Shown here: positions 42,385 to 53,811 of the stretch, one piece after another
Layout: each line of letters starts with the position of its first letter
How positions within the stretch are numbered: the stretch's first letter is position 1
Source of the DNA: the human T2T-CHM13v2.0 reference genome, Homo sapiens
Length of the DNA stretch: 64,000 nucleotides
NCBI RefSeq assembly: GCF_009914755.1
Contig: NC_060933.1
Direction: 5' to 3' (one strand)
Program-made: the position numbers and the translations under genes
The notes under the pieces: generated by a model
What the model was told of the DNA's origin: nothing
Databases searched by the model: none
Seen by the model: the letters and a program-made list of their open reading frames with translations, nothing else

Positions 42385-43432
42385 GGAAGACAATAGACTC
42401 ACACACAAAAAAGCCAGTATTTCCTAGCCTACCTTGTAAATAGTGGTGGCCAGTGGGATATAGAAAGTCATTGGATGGGAAATGACTTATTTTTTAAAGA
42501 AAATTTTTTCTCTAAAATTTAAGGAAAAACAATCTTTAAATAGAATATATGTATATATTTTTATTTTCAATATATTATGATGTTTTGACATCTTAAAAAA
42601 AAATTTCTAGCTGGGAAGAGACTGCCTCCCACCAACACCTTGGCCAATTCTTAGAGATAGCAAAGGGTTCAGCCCCAGCATGCCCACGATCTGCAAACTA
42701 ACCAACCCAGAGCCTCGCCTGCTCCATCTGGCCTGTACACCCCAGGAGAAGATATTCCTCTGCCTAAATCATCCCAGGGCCAGGCACCAGGTAACTAGAG
42801 ACCATGCCCATAGCTTAGAGCCCCTCAGATTACTCAAACTAGCAAACCCTAAACTGTTCACCCAGTTTTGCCTTGCTCTTCCTATGTAAACCCCAATAAA
42901 GGCTCTGGTCTAAGCCTTCTCTCTCCTGTCTTCTGCTTCCTGACTATCTGGTATCTTTCCCATGTAGTCCTGTCTGGCGTGCCCCACCTCTTGTCTCTAA
43001 GGGCAAGTGAGTATACTATACTTTTATTTTCCTGTCTTCTCTTTTGGCCACTTCTGTCTGCCATCACATAAAAAAAATTAAAAATATGGGGTTTACTCAG
43101 ATGGTAGTTGCCCTTTTGCTCTTCCCTGCTTTTTTCTTTCTTTTGTTTTTTAAATCTTCTTTCTGGAACTATGACATGATGGTTGGGGCTACTGGGGCCA
43201 CCTTGTAGCTTTACAGTGACCTTGATGATAAAAGTCATGACCTAAGGATGGCAAAACAAAAACAAAGAAGAAACTGGCTCCATGATGATATTAAGTCAAT
43301 TAAATCAGTCCTGGACAATCTACATCTGAATTTCATGTCATGTGAGAGAAAAATAAAATCCTTCCTAGTTTAATTCACTGTTATTTCAGGTCTCTGTAAC
43401 CAGTTAGCCAAATGTAATCTCCAGCTGATACA
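42385..43432 (+). mobile_element. MLT1-type LTR interrupted by an ERVL-type LTR (~42545-43068, MER54/MER74-like)
   Basis: MLT1 motifs (tatttcctagcctaccttg...taaggatggcaaaac...ctgataca) flank a segment containing gccaattcttagagatagcaaagg, gcaaactaaccaacccagagcc and AATAAA. Confidence 0.6.
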
Positions 43433-43649
43433 ATGGCCCTGTGTTTTCCTCATGCTATTCAATCTCTTGAGGGTGCCCTTCTTCCCTCTACCTTCCATTT
43501 CTCCTCTTTTCAAAATGCTACTCAGTCTTCAAAATGTGGCACCAATGCCACCTCCTCCTGAATTATTTCCTCCTTCCACAGCTACTCGATACTTTGCTTT
43601 TCCCCTGTGTAACAGCAACACGAGAGCTCTACAATCCACCAGCCGTGAG

Positions 43650-43810
43650 ACTGTAAGCACATCATTAACTTCTCCAAGGCTGACTTCCTTCATCTGCAAG
43701 ACGGGGGTGGAGAAAGTTCTGATTCATATTATTATTGAGATAAATAAATGAGATATAGTACATGAAAGAGTGTAATGCCTGACACATAACTAAGTACTCA
43801 ATAAATGCCC
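43650..43810 (+). mobile_element. MIR
   Basis: ttccttcatctgcaag...taaatgagata...gcctgacacataactaagtactcaataaatg. Confidence 0.7.
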
Positions 43811-44144
43811 CTAATGGTTATTAATATTATTATTATTGCCATTATACTTGTGCCTCCATTCATTGATTTTAGGTCTGTCTCCCTGATAGCATAAAAGTAC
43901 ATGACAATGACTCATCCTCCTCATATTCCCCTAGCATCTAATTTACAGGTTAGGTGGATTGATGAACAAATGAATAAATAGCAAGATTGTATTAACTAAT
44001 ATAATAATGGCCAGGAAGGTGTAATGGACTTGCCCAAGGACTTTCTTTAGACAAAAGAAAAATTAGAAGGCAAACTTGACAACAATATATGAACATATTC
44101 CCAGTAATAGTTCATTCATTTCAAATATTGTTTTGTCTGCTTAC

Positions 44145-44294
44145 AGAGGCTTTTGTCACTTGCAAGTTGGTGGAAGTGATAACACACTTGTGCAACCTGA
44201 GCAAGCTCCTTGCGCAACAGAAGGGAAAATATGCAAATCCATATTTCATCAGGCAGTAGTAGCCACTGTGAGAAATCGGCATCTCTATTGTGTG
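44145..44294 (-). pseudogene. F-box motif exon (acceptor at 44294 or 44284): DADFSQWLLLPDEIWICIFSLLLRKELAQVAQVCYHFHQLASDKSL(W)
   Basis: Matches the F-box consensus (LP-E----IF--L---EL-----VC--F--L------LW). Polypyrimidine acceptor; donor CTC T|gtaagc splits the terminal Trp codon. No stops. Confidence 0.85.
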
Positions 44295-44532
44295 CTTGGA
44301 ATGGAACAAGAGACAATGTACCATTAAAAGGCTAGTGCAGCAGGGAAAGATCACACATCTCCAAAAGAAAAGAAATGAAATGCACTGCATTTGCACAAAA
44401 CACACATACCGGACAGAGACCAGGATCTCTTTTCCTCCCTTCCACCTACCGCAGCCCAGCTCACCCACAACACAGAGTCCACATCCCAGCGTTTGGAAAC
44501 CAAAATGAAAAACATCAATAGAGAAGCCTAAC

Positions 44533-44653
44533 TTAAGATTTTTAAACCCCTTGAGTTCACTACTCTGTGCCATCTTATTGGTATTAGTCAACCACAGCTC
44601 AAGGTCTTCCATATCTGTCTGTGGTGTGGTACTGTCCACAAATATTACTATGT
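44533..44653 (-). pseudogene. Candidate pseudo-exon F7 (121 nt): (D)IVIFVDSTTPQTDMEDLELWLTNTNKMAQSSELKGFKNL(K)
   Basis: Acceptor tctctccttgccag and donor AA|gttagg. Open frame, phase 1 in and 2 out, matching the F-box exon acceptor at 44284. Confidence 0.5.
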
Positions 44654-44801
44654 CTGGCAAGGAGAGACCCCAGCCACAGTTCTGTGGCTCCCTGTTTGAC
44701 TATGTCCCCCAGCCATAGCCCAGCCCACATGAGGGGAGGCAGCCTCAGCTACTGGTGCTGGACAAGACCTTTGAATTGGTCAAAGCATCTTTGTCACCAG
44801 C

Positions 44802-45174
44802 TGATACGGGTTGGCTGCGTCCCCAACCAAATCTCATCTTGAATTGTAGTTCCCATAATCCCCACATGTCGTGGGAGGGGCCCAGTGGCAGGTAATTGAA
44901 TCATGGGGGCAGTTACCCCCATGCTGTTCTCATGACAGTGAGTGAGTTCTAATGACATCTGAGGGTTTTATAAGGGGCTTTCCCCACTTTTGCTCGGCAC
45001 TTCTTGCTGCTGCCATGTGAAGAAGGATGTATTTGCTTCCACTTCTGCAATGATTCTAAGTTTCCTGAGGTCTCCCCAGCCATGCTGCACTGTGAGTCAA
45101 TTAAACCTCTTTCCTGTATAAATTACCCAGTCTTGGGTATGTCTTTATTAGCAGTATAAGAACAGACTAATACA
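44802..45174 (+). mobile_element. THE1C-like MaLR solo LTR
   Basis: TGATACGG...CTAATACA termini; 5-bp TSD CCAGC. Confidence 0.92.
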
Positions 45175-45442
45175 CCAGCTTTCTTGCCCCTCCCAGATCA
45201 GACATCAGGAAGTTTTTCAGACTTTCTCATTTTAGAGATCTCTCATAATATCACACAGAACTGGGTCTCCACTGGGGACATCTAGCTCTAAACCATGTAT
45301 TCTTTGAAAAGCTGTAATCCCAATTCAACATGGTGCCCTTCTGGGTTTCAGAGTAACTAACAAAAATTGATTATATTTCATGTTTTATTGTTGGCCAGTC
45401 TATAATCTTATATATTACATAAATAAGGCAGATGTGATAAAC

Positions 45443-45500
45443 CTGTGCTCTTGTCTCAATTCTGGAATAAATCTGAAATGCTCACGTCCAATCCAGGATC
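45443..45500 (-). pseudogene. Candidate pseudo-exon F6 (58 nt): DPGLDVSISDLFQN*DKST
   Basis: Acceptor tttttgctacattaacatacag and donor CAG|gtttat. Phase 0 in and 1 out bridges F5 and F7 exactly; the single stop is TGA. Confidence 0.45.
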
Positions 45501-46435
45501 CTGTATGTTAATGTAGCAAAAATGTAATTACATCTTTTCTACAGCCTGTCCCTTTGTTTCTCATTTAAACAAACATCAATTCAACCATCAAAAATAAGAG
45601 GCAATTCAAATATTTAGTGGAGTCTTTCAAAAAATATCAAAGGGAACCCAATTCCAATACAACGTTTAAAACTTCTGCTTTGCTGTTTCTGCCTCTTTCT
45701 TCTCTCACTCTGGAGTGGCCTAGGCTCTTGCTGTTCTCTCTAAGCTGCCCCAAATGTTCTGCTCGCCCACTTCGCTTCCCTCCCCCTGCAGTCCGGATTA
45801 ATTATTTCCTTGTACTAGCTTTATTCCTTTCTAGTATAAAATCTCAGTGGCCTATACTTTCTTGAATTCTGCAGCACTTTCCCCACAATACTGTAATTAG
45901 CGACACAAATTTCTAGGATTCAAGAAGCCAGAAACGCTGTATGTACTCCTGTATTTAAAATTTGTTATCCCTGTTACACGAAGCATCTAAACTATATGTA
46001 CAATATAAGCCGGATGGAAAACATGCTCTTTAAAATAGCAGGGAAAGTACACTATATGATTTTTTTTTAAACTAAACCATTTTAAAATATATTTGTAAAT
46101 CATAAAAGAGACCTATGAGTTATCTATTTCGTTCTAGTGGATCAATGGGCATTTGTAACACACACAGAGACAAACAAGAAAACATCTGTTCTTTGATGAG
46201 CTTGCCTCTCATTTATGTGCTATCTCGAGTCTTTGAGGATTCAGGTTTACACCTTAGCTTTTTATTTTACTTATGATTATGGATTTCACAACACTCAATA
46301 TTTTTACTTTATGAAAGCTGTGCTTTTTATCTTGTGCTTAATGATGCCAACATTGCATATTAGAATTTTTTAAAGGGTATCTAAATAAGAGCAGGAACAC
46401 CTGGAAAAGGCATGGCTGTTTGCCAAGGTTCCCAC

Positions 46436-46528
46436 CTGCATTAAATCACTTGTTAATATACATAATTGCCGATGATGTACTTTAAAATCATTTTCAATCC
46501 AATTGCCATGACTCTGCTGAAGCAATGA
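46436..46528 (-). pseudogene. Candidate pseudo-exon F5 (93 nt; alternative acceptor starts at 46557): SLLQQSHGNWIENDFKVHHRQLCILTSDLMQ
   Basis: Acceptors gtttttcttcaccag or tctttttttccaaaaccag and donor CAG|gtggga. Open frame, phase 0 out. Confidence 0.5.
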
Positions 46529-47660
46529 CTGGTGAAGAAAAACTCTAAAATCCTCACCTGGTTTTGGAAAAAAAGACACAATTCATAGACTCAGCCTCTC
46601 CCATCTACCATGTCCCATGCCCAGGAAATTACCAAGTGACTTTCCTTCTCAAGCAAGGTCTTTCCCTTTTGGAAACGCTAGGATTATTCAAAATTAAATA
46701 ATAATGAGATCAGGATGTTGATTATTCACTTAGTGCATGGCCTGGGTACCTTATTTTCTGTCTCCACATCTTTAGAGACATTCTTACAAAGGAATTTTTC
46801 AACAGATCCTAGAAGAAGAAAAGAAATTTAGCACTTAAGGCCAAACAGAGGAAACCAAACAGTGATATATCCCTGTAGTCTAATGAGAGACTATCCCTGC
46901 TACCTCAAAGAAGCTGTAAGTAACCACATTCAATTCAAAGAAAGGAAAACCTATCCTGGGAAGCTGTGACAAGTCTGCAGATTTCAAACTTTCAATCACT
47001 GAGAAAACCAATTTGCTAACAAAGACTCCAGAAAAGATCATGGCCTTTCAGCAAACAGAAGACATCTTAGTTGGATTATGTTTTCCTATTACAGAGTGAT
47101 GAACTGGCAGCCACCAATTACAATGCCCTAAGGAACAGCCTCTTCCACTTCATAGCTACCCCTTTATTACTTCTTGACAGACTAAGAATAAAAGAATACC
47201 AGGCAATGAAAAGGAGAAAGCCACTGGATGGATTCTGTCATTTCATCTGACAATTGTAAGGTATATCTTGGTCAGAATATTCAGGCATCATTTTTTAAAC
47301 ATTTAGAGTCTATGGAAAAGATCCACATGGTCTGTGATTAGTTATATCAAAGCTACAAGCCCCTTCCACACCAACCCTTGGAGAAAATGGAAGCTCATGA
47401 TGTTTAAAAGCCTTTACCTTGACCATTTTTTTGGTTTGAGGGATTACCAACTTCAAAGTATCAAACTGCTGTTCACTTCCTCTCACCTCCCTCACCCCTG
47501 TCAAAAAATGTTTTGTTTACAGTGACTTGAATGAAAACATTATTTGGAGATATTAACGTTAGGGAAAGTTGGATGAATGGTATACAGGAACTTTCTGTAG
47601 TATTTTTGCAACTTTTCTGTAAATATAAAATTATTTCACAATAGTTTTTTAAAAGCTAGA

Positions 47661-48468
47661 TATGTGGCCAAGAAGCATATTTAAAAAAGCTCAGTAGAGA
47701 GCTTTAGATGATCATTAGAGAAATGCAAATCGAAACCACAATGAGATACCATCTCACACCAGTCAGAATGGCCATTATTGAAAAGTCAAAAAATAACAGA
47801 TGCTGGCGAGATTGTGGAGAAAAGGGGATGCTTATACACTGTTGGTGGGAGTGTAAATTAGTTCAGTCATTGTGGAAAGCAGTGTTGTGGTTCCTCAAAG
47901 ACCTAAAAACAGAACTACTGTTCAACCCAGCAATCCCACCACTGGGCATATACCCAAAGGGATATAAATCATTCTATCACAAAGACACATGCATGTGTAT
48001 ATTCACTGCAGCACTATTCACAATAGCAAAGATATGGAATCAATCTAAATGCCCATCAATGGTAGACTGGATAAAGAAAACATGGTACATATACACCATG
48101 GAATACTATGTAGCCGTAAAAAGGAATAAGACTATGCCCTTTGCAAGAACATGGATGCAGCCATAGGCCATTATCCTTAGCAAATTAACGCAGTAACAGA
48201 AAATCAAATACCACATGTTCTCACTTACAAGTGGAAGCTAAATGATGAGAGCATGTGGACACAGAAAGGTGTACAACAGACACTGTGGCCTACCAGACAG
48301 TGAAGGGTGGAAGGAGAGAGGGGAGCAGAAAAAATAACTATTGATAACTAGGCTTAGTACCTGGGTGATAAAATAATCTGTACGACAAACCCCCATGACA
48401 CAAGTTTACCTGTATAACAAACCTGCACAGGTACCCCTGAACCTAAAATAATAGTAAAAAAAAAAAAA
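47661..48468 (+). mobile_element. 5'-truncated primate L1 (older L1PA-like): ORF2 C-terminus, 3' UTR and poly(A)
   Basis: ORF 47708..48166 is the L1 ORF2 C-terminal region ([19 protein letters not shown]...CWWECKLVQ); poly(A) at 48456-48468. Confidence 0.92.
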
Positions 48469-48764
48469 TTCCATTAAAATGCTACCTTCACCAGAAAAAA
48501 AAAAAAAAGATAATGACAACAGTGATAAAGATTGCTCACTACATCACAAGCGAGGAAAGCTAATTGCTCTAGATTGACTGAAACAGTGAAGAGAGCAATT
48601 TCATGCTAATATGCAAACTGATGTTTTACTACTATTTCTTACAAAAATGACTTTACTGTTGAAAAACCATGAGAATGTGTGTTGGCCAATGTGCCCAGGA
48701 TTCTAGTGAGAAACAGGTTACAAGCTCCAGCAGTTAAATGAATACATCCACTTCTATGCTAGAC

Positions 48765-48850
48765 CTCTTAGAGGTGTGAAGTATAGAATGGATATGTTTG
48801 CATGCAGAATTGTTGGGATACTTTGCCTCTGCGAATGAAGCGCAACAAGA
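48765..48850 (-). pseudogene. Candidate pseudo-exon F4 (86 nt): (F)LLRFIRRGKVSQQFCMQTYPFYTSHL*E
   Basis: Acceptor cccattttctgttgttggccactag and weak donor GAG|gtctag. Retains CpGs. Confidence 0.4.
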
Positions 48851-49543
48851 CTAGTGGCCAACAACAGAAAATGGGATAGAGCACCATCAGACTGAGCTCC
48901 CACACGCCTTCCTGGCAGGCAGCTGTAGTGCCAGGTCCCTGCCCCACCTTTCCCAATATACCTTAACCATCACACTCCTCACATAGACCTACACTAGGGC
49001 AATAAAGAAATCCTTCCCTGCAGTGAAAGATGAGAAAAATGAAGAGTGGGTTCACATCTTTGTCTAAAGTATAACTACCTACAGCTATGTAGAATCAGAG
49101 AAAGAAGAAAATTTAAGTACTGTGGACACTCACCCTATGAGTATCTTTTCCCCAGTATCACTACGACAAATGGAATTTTATGCAGAAAATTAGAATGCCA
49201 GTAACTCTGAGTACTTCAACAAGTTTTAGAGAGAAAATCCATTACTGGAGTAAGCAGAATTCAAATCCTCTCCATAATCTGGATCAAATGGAACAGTGCC
49301 TAGCACAGTTCTTGGTACACAACAGGCATCTAATAAATGGTAGTTTTCTTCCTCTAAGTGGCCTCATAAATATGGAGATACATATTAATATCTAAATACA
49401 TGCTTGTTTGTGGTATTGAATGTGGTAACTGAGACTAGGAGAATCATATATATCTTTGAAAATAAGGACAGAGAGTGTAAATCAGGCAATAAATGACTGA
49501 AGACAAATGGGCAGGGACCGAGGGATATAGCATTTGCATATAC

Positions 49544-49646
49544 AGGTGAAACATCCAGAATAAAGCCTGATGAAATCAAAGGCATTTTTATATTAGATCT
49601 ATTCAGCCACATTCAGTAAAGCTCCCCCAAGGATCAAGGAGTCAGC
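49544..49646 (-). pseudogene. Candidate pseudo-exon F3 (103 nt): ADSLILGGALLNVAE*I*YKNAFDFIRLYSGCFT
   Basis: Acceptor ccctcgaacttcatag and donor gtatat. Phases chain with F2 and F4. Confidence 0.4.
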
Positions 49647-49714
49647 CTATGAAGTTCGAGGGTAAATGAGCTTAGGTGGACTGCAAGTGAAAGAGCTTAC
49701 TAATTCTTCTCTTT

Positions 49715-50760
49715 TTGTAATAAACTTTTTCTTACAGAATAATTTGGATGTACAGGAAAGCAGAAAAGGTAATACAGAGAGTTCCTATATACCCCTCCCT
49801 TTGTTTTTCCTGTTACCATCTTACACTACCATGGGATATTTGTCACGACTAAGAAACCAGCATTGGCAAATTACTATTGAATAAACTCCATACTGTATTC
49901 AGATTTTATTAGTGTCTTTCCTAATGTCCTTTTCCTGTTTTAGGATTCCATCCAAGATATAACATTACCTTTAGTCTTCATGTCTTCTTAGGCTCCTCTC
50001 ATCAGGGACAGCCTCTCATGCTTTTCTTGTTTTTCATGACCTTGACACTTTGAGGAGTAATAATCAGGTATTCTGTAGACTGCTCCTCAATTTGGGTTTG
50101 TCTAATGCTTTCTGCATGGTTACACTAGGGTCAGGTGTGGGAGGGAGAACACTACACAGGTGCTGCACCCTTCCCTACATGAGGGGTAGAAGCTTTCAAC
50201 ATGACTCGTCACAGATGATGTTAGCCTTGACCACCTGGCCGCCATAGTGTTTGCTAGGCTTCTTCCCTGGAAAATCACTTTTTCCCCCTTATATACTCCA
50301 ATAAGACACTAACTATAGACCACACTCAAATCAGAAAGAAGGACTAAGTTCTACCTCTTTATTGCATACATTAACAATTCATACATAAAATATTTGGGAT
50401 TCTTCTGTAGGAAAGATTTATCTCTTCTCCCCCGTTTATTTAATCACTCATTCAGTCATTTGTATCAGCATGGCCTCAGGGACATTTATTTTATACTTTC
50501 AGTTATAACCTAGCACTACATTATTTATTTTGCTGCTCAAATTGCTCCAACTTTGATCAGCTCTTTTCAGGATTACTCCTGTGCCCCTTTGATATGCCCC
50601 ATTCTTTTGCTCTTTGAGCAATTACTTATTTTCTGATACTACAGAAGGTTATAGGTCATTTCGCATATTCCTTGCCCCAGCCCTAGAATGGCCATCTCTC
50701 CAAGGAGACCTGGTTTCTTTATCAGAGAATAGTATTAGAAAACAAGACCTGTGCACTGAG
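49715..50760 (-). mobile_element. Old L1 (L1MC/MD-like) 3' UTR
   Basis: acagagagttcctatatacc, ttgacactttgaggagta and tttattttgctgctcaaattgctcca motifs. Confidence 0.7.
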
Positions 50761-51000
50761 TACTGCCCCTCACTTTCTGCGCTCAGAGATCACACTACAA
50801 CTGTCTGTGACAGGCTTGGCCTTCCTCTGGAGCATGCCCTTGGGCTGCCCGCATCTTCTTTCTGAATTGAGATCGTCATATGTCACAGGCAACCTTTATG
50901 CCTCTGGCTTCATGCAGCTATGTGGCGGGATTTCAGTTTGTGTAATTTTCGTGCCCTCTCTCATACCCATCACTCACCCATGGGAGGTAGTGTGAATTAC

Positions 51001-51070
51001 CTGCTTGGGGATTTTGAAAGAGGAAACTGAGTTTGCCCAAATCCTCCAGAGTTCTCTCTCTCCAATATGC
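51001..51070 (-). pseudogene. Candidate pseudo-exon F2 (70 nt)
   Basis: Strong acceptor cccctgctcttctgtcag and donor CAG|gtaatt. Open in all three frames (e.g. HIGERELWRIWANSVSSFKIPKQ or AYWRERTLEDLGKLSFLFQNPQA). Confidence 0.55.
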
Positions 51071-51219
51071 CTGACAGAAGAGCAGGGGCAATGATTAGTT
51101 GTCTGACAGTCCAAAGGGTCTGGGGTATCTAATAAGCTGACAATCGGGTGGGAAAGTCAATCTCATTTATGGGTGGAGACCTAGGAGGCCCACTGTGGCC
51201 ATGCTGCTAAGTCAACCCA

Positions 51220-51930
51220 TCATTCACTCATTTGCGTGTTCCTTATTCAACAAATGCTTATTTACCTCCTACACATGCCAGGCACTATTCCAGGCACTAG
51301 CGATACAGCAGTGGAAAAACAGACAAGAAAGAAACAGATTTTCTGCCCTCATGGAGCTTACATACCAGCAGGGAATACAGATAATAAAGAAACATAGATA
51401 TGTAAGTGATACATATCTATTTTCGTGTATATATGAGTGATATAAAGAGGCAGGGCAGGTTGGCTCGGGAGAGTGCCTGGGAGGACAGAGGTGGTAAGGG
51501 CTGAATTCTGACAGCTACTGACTCTGAGGGACACTGGAAGCCATTAGATGACTTTTAACAGAGGAATAATATATTTCTTCTCCTTTCTTGCTTTTTAGGA
51601 ATCACTTTGATTGTCAGGCATGTTCAAAACAGCCTACTGATAGGAGTAGTGGGAAGTGGGACAGCAAAAAACAAGGGTGCAAGCAGAAGCCCAGCTGGGC
51701 GGCTCCTGGGATAATCTAGGCCAGAGAGAATGGCAACTTGGACCCGGGGGTGGCAGTGGACACGGCACACGAAAGAGAAGAAACCTCAGATTACTTCAAG
51801 GTGTTTCGCCTGAGTGACTGGCAGGTGGAGTTGGACTTCACCAAGATGGGAGAACTACAAGAGGGGCAGGTTGAAGTGGAAAGGATCAATTGGATCAAGT
51901 GGAATTGAACATATTCAATTTGAAACATGT
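51220..51930 (-). mobile_element. L2
   Basis: cattcactcatt...ttcaacaaatgc...gccaggcact...ctgccctcatggagcttaca. Confidence 0.8.
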
Positions 51931-52193
51931 TAAGTGAGCAATGGAGAGGAAACGGTTAATGTCAGGGCTGCGAAAACCTGGTCTCCCTGGAAATGTTTCT
52001 TAAGAAACAGCAGAGTTAAGATAAATGGGGAATGTCTCTTCCACCCTTTGTTGAGTGGCTCTGCACCTGGGATGGGGGAGCTGTGGGCTGTCATGTAGGT
52101 CTTAGAACTGCAAAGGACTTGAATAATATAAAACATTTATAAGAAAAAGGAACTATGACTTCTCTGTGTCAAGGTGACCCCATAAACCCTGAC

Positions 52194-52334
52194 TCTCATC
52201 CACAGCAGCCTTGTACACCCCAAGTGGGAGACAGGGCAAAAAGGTCTCGTATGTGGGTCACTACCGGGCCCCTTGATAAGATGAAGATGCTGTGCTTGCT
52301 GAATCTCCTGCTGTGTGTCTTGCTATAAAGCCAT
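52194..52334 (-). pseudogene. Candidate pseudo-exon F1 (141 nt; reading frame ambiguous)
   Basis: Acceptor ttttaatattatgtttag and donor gtcagg. Phase 2 reads WLYSKTHSRRFSKHSIFILSRGPVVTHIRDLFALSPTWGVQGCCG*. Phase 0 reads MAL*QDTQQEIQQ...TRLLWMR. Confidence 0.35.
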
Positions 52335-53714
52335 CTAAACATAATATTAAAACCTATTTGTGTCCTATGAGTCTGATGCTGACTTGAACCCATAACCACA
52401 GCTGTGCTGCTGCATAATAAAGCAGCTATTTTAATCTCTCCTTGTCTGACTGTCTGACTCCTTTAATTCTAAAACTGGGGAGGGAAGAGGATGGTATTAA
52501 TTATTGACTCCCTAAATTTCCCCATCTTGGTAGGAGTTTCCTTCAGGCTGTGATTTGTGCAAATTAATCTTTATAGTAACTCAGAAGGCAAGAAGCTAAC
52601 TGCAGACATGAAAATCCAACACTGTCAGAACCATTAAATCTTTACCCAACACTTGGAACCACAAAATGTCTCTAGTGCTGCTCCTTTAATGACGAACATA
52701 TGGTTCCCTAAACAGAAAGAAAGAGCTCTTCTTCTGTACTGGTGGCCACCAAAAACACTGAACAAAACAGCCCATGGCAAAGGCCAAGACAGACCATGCA
52801 GACAATGGTCCCACCCTCTCCTTGGAAGGCTATGCTCTCACCAGGAGCAGAACAGTCCTTGATCACAGGAGTCAATTCACCACTGTGTGAATCACCTCTA
52901 TTATCACATCAGCACAGGCCATGGAAACCACGGAAAGACTGATCTGCAGAGAGATTTTGCAGAGGTTATTATGGGCATGTTGATCCCTCATCACACAGAG
53001 CTTTTAGAGTTGAGCCAGACACTCCCTCCTTCCTCAAGTGTCAGTAAGAAGAAGAGGAGTAAGAGGATATTATAATGCTCTTACTTCAGGGAACAACAAC
53101 GTAGGCTATGACTTAACTAATTCAGGTACCAAGCTCACTGAGGCCCTGCTATGAGTTGACATTGCTTTAGACCCTGGGGATACAGCAGTGAACACAACAG
53201 ACAAAATCACCTCTTCCTTGATGGAGCTTACATTCCAGTGGAGTGAGACAAAAAAGATGATGATTTTTTAAAAAAATTTATTTTGAATGGCTGGTGCCAT
53301 TCAACCATGGTTCTGTAATAAGAAATCTTGGAAGTCAAGTTTTAAAAATTCCTCCTGAGACCACAGATGCCACGAGTACTCTTCCAAGAGTGATGCTAAC
53401 ATTTGGGCACTTGGAGAATCATGGCTCTCAGCTCCACTTCTTCACTCCTCCTTATCAGCTCCTCCTGGATTTTACATTTTAATTGGGGCTGGCACATGCA
53501 ACTGTTCCCTTTTTGCTTCCGTTAGTCTGACAGATTAGGCCAGTTGGTTTATTAACGACTTGGCCACCTACCAACAGCATAAGCACCGGGATAAATCCCA
53601 GTGGAGGGTCTCTCCTCTGCTTCCGCTGAGCTTGGTCTTGAAATGCTTTGATATCTACAGCAGTAAAAGCACAAGGAAACTAATTGCTCAATGGTAGCAC
53701 GGCTTTGCACTTAC

Positions 53715-53811
53715 TTATCAGAGAGAATCATCTTTTGGAAATTAATGTGTACATCTCCTCGATGCCATGACAAACTCACAAAATCTCATCACTCTGGTCT
53801 GAGAAATATGC
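53715..53811 (-). pseudogene. Pseudo-exon E (97 nt): (W)HISQTRVMRFCEFVMASRRCTH*FPKDDSL**
   Basis: Acceptor ttattttgttctag and consensus donor gtaagt. Phase 2 in and phase 0 out; three in-frame stops. Confidence 0.6.

Noticed and set aside
44121-44660. 179-aa minus-strand ORF as a single-exon gene
   Set aside because: Only the first ~40 codons (F7) look exonic; the rest reads through an intron and crosses the F-box exon out of frame.
47181-47260. Plus-strand AG...GT exon-like segment
   Set aside because: Isolated, weak donor, no partner exons identified.
47708-48166. 152-aa ORF
   Set aside because: L1 ORF2 C-terminal remnant in a 5'-truncated element.
52842-52943. Possible extra minus-strand exon (ctctctgcag ... 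gtgaga)
   Set aside because: Stops in all three frames, and it only fits the least-supported frame chain; left unassigned.
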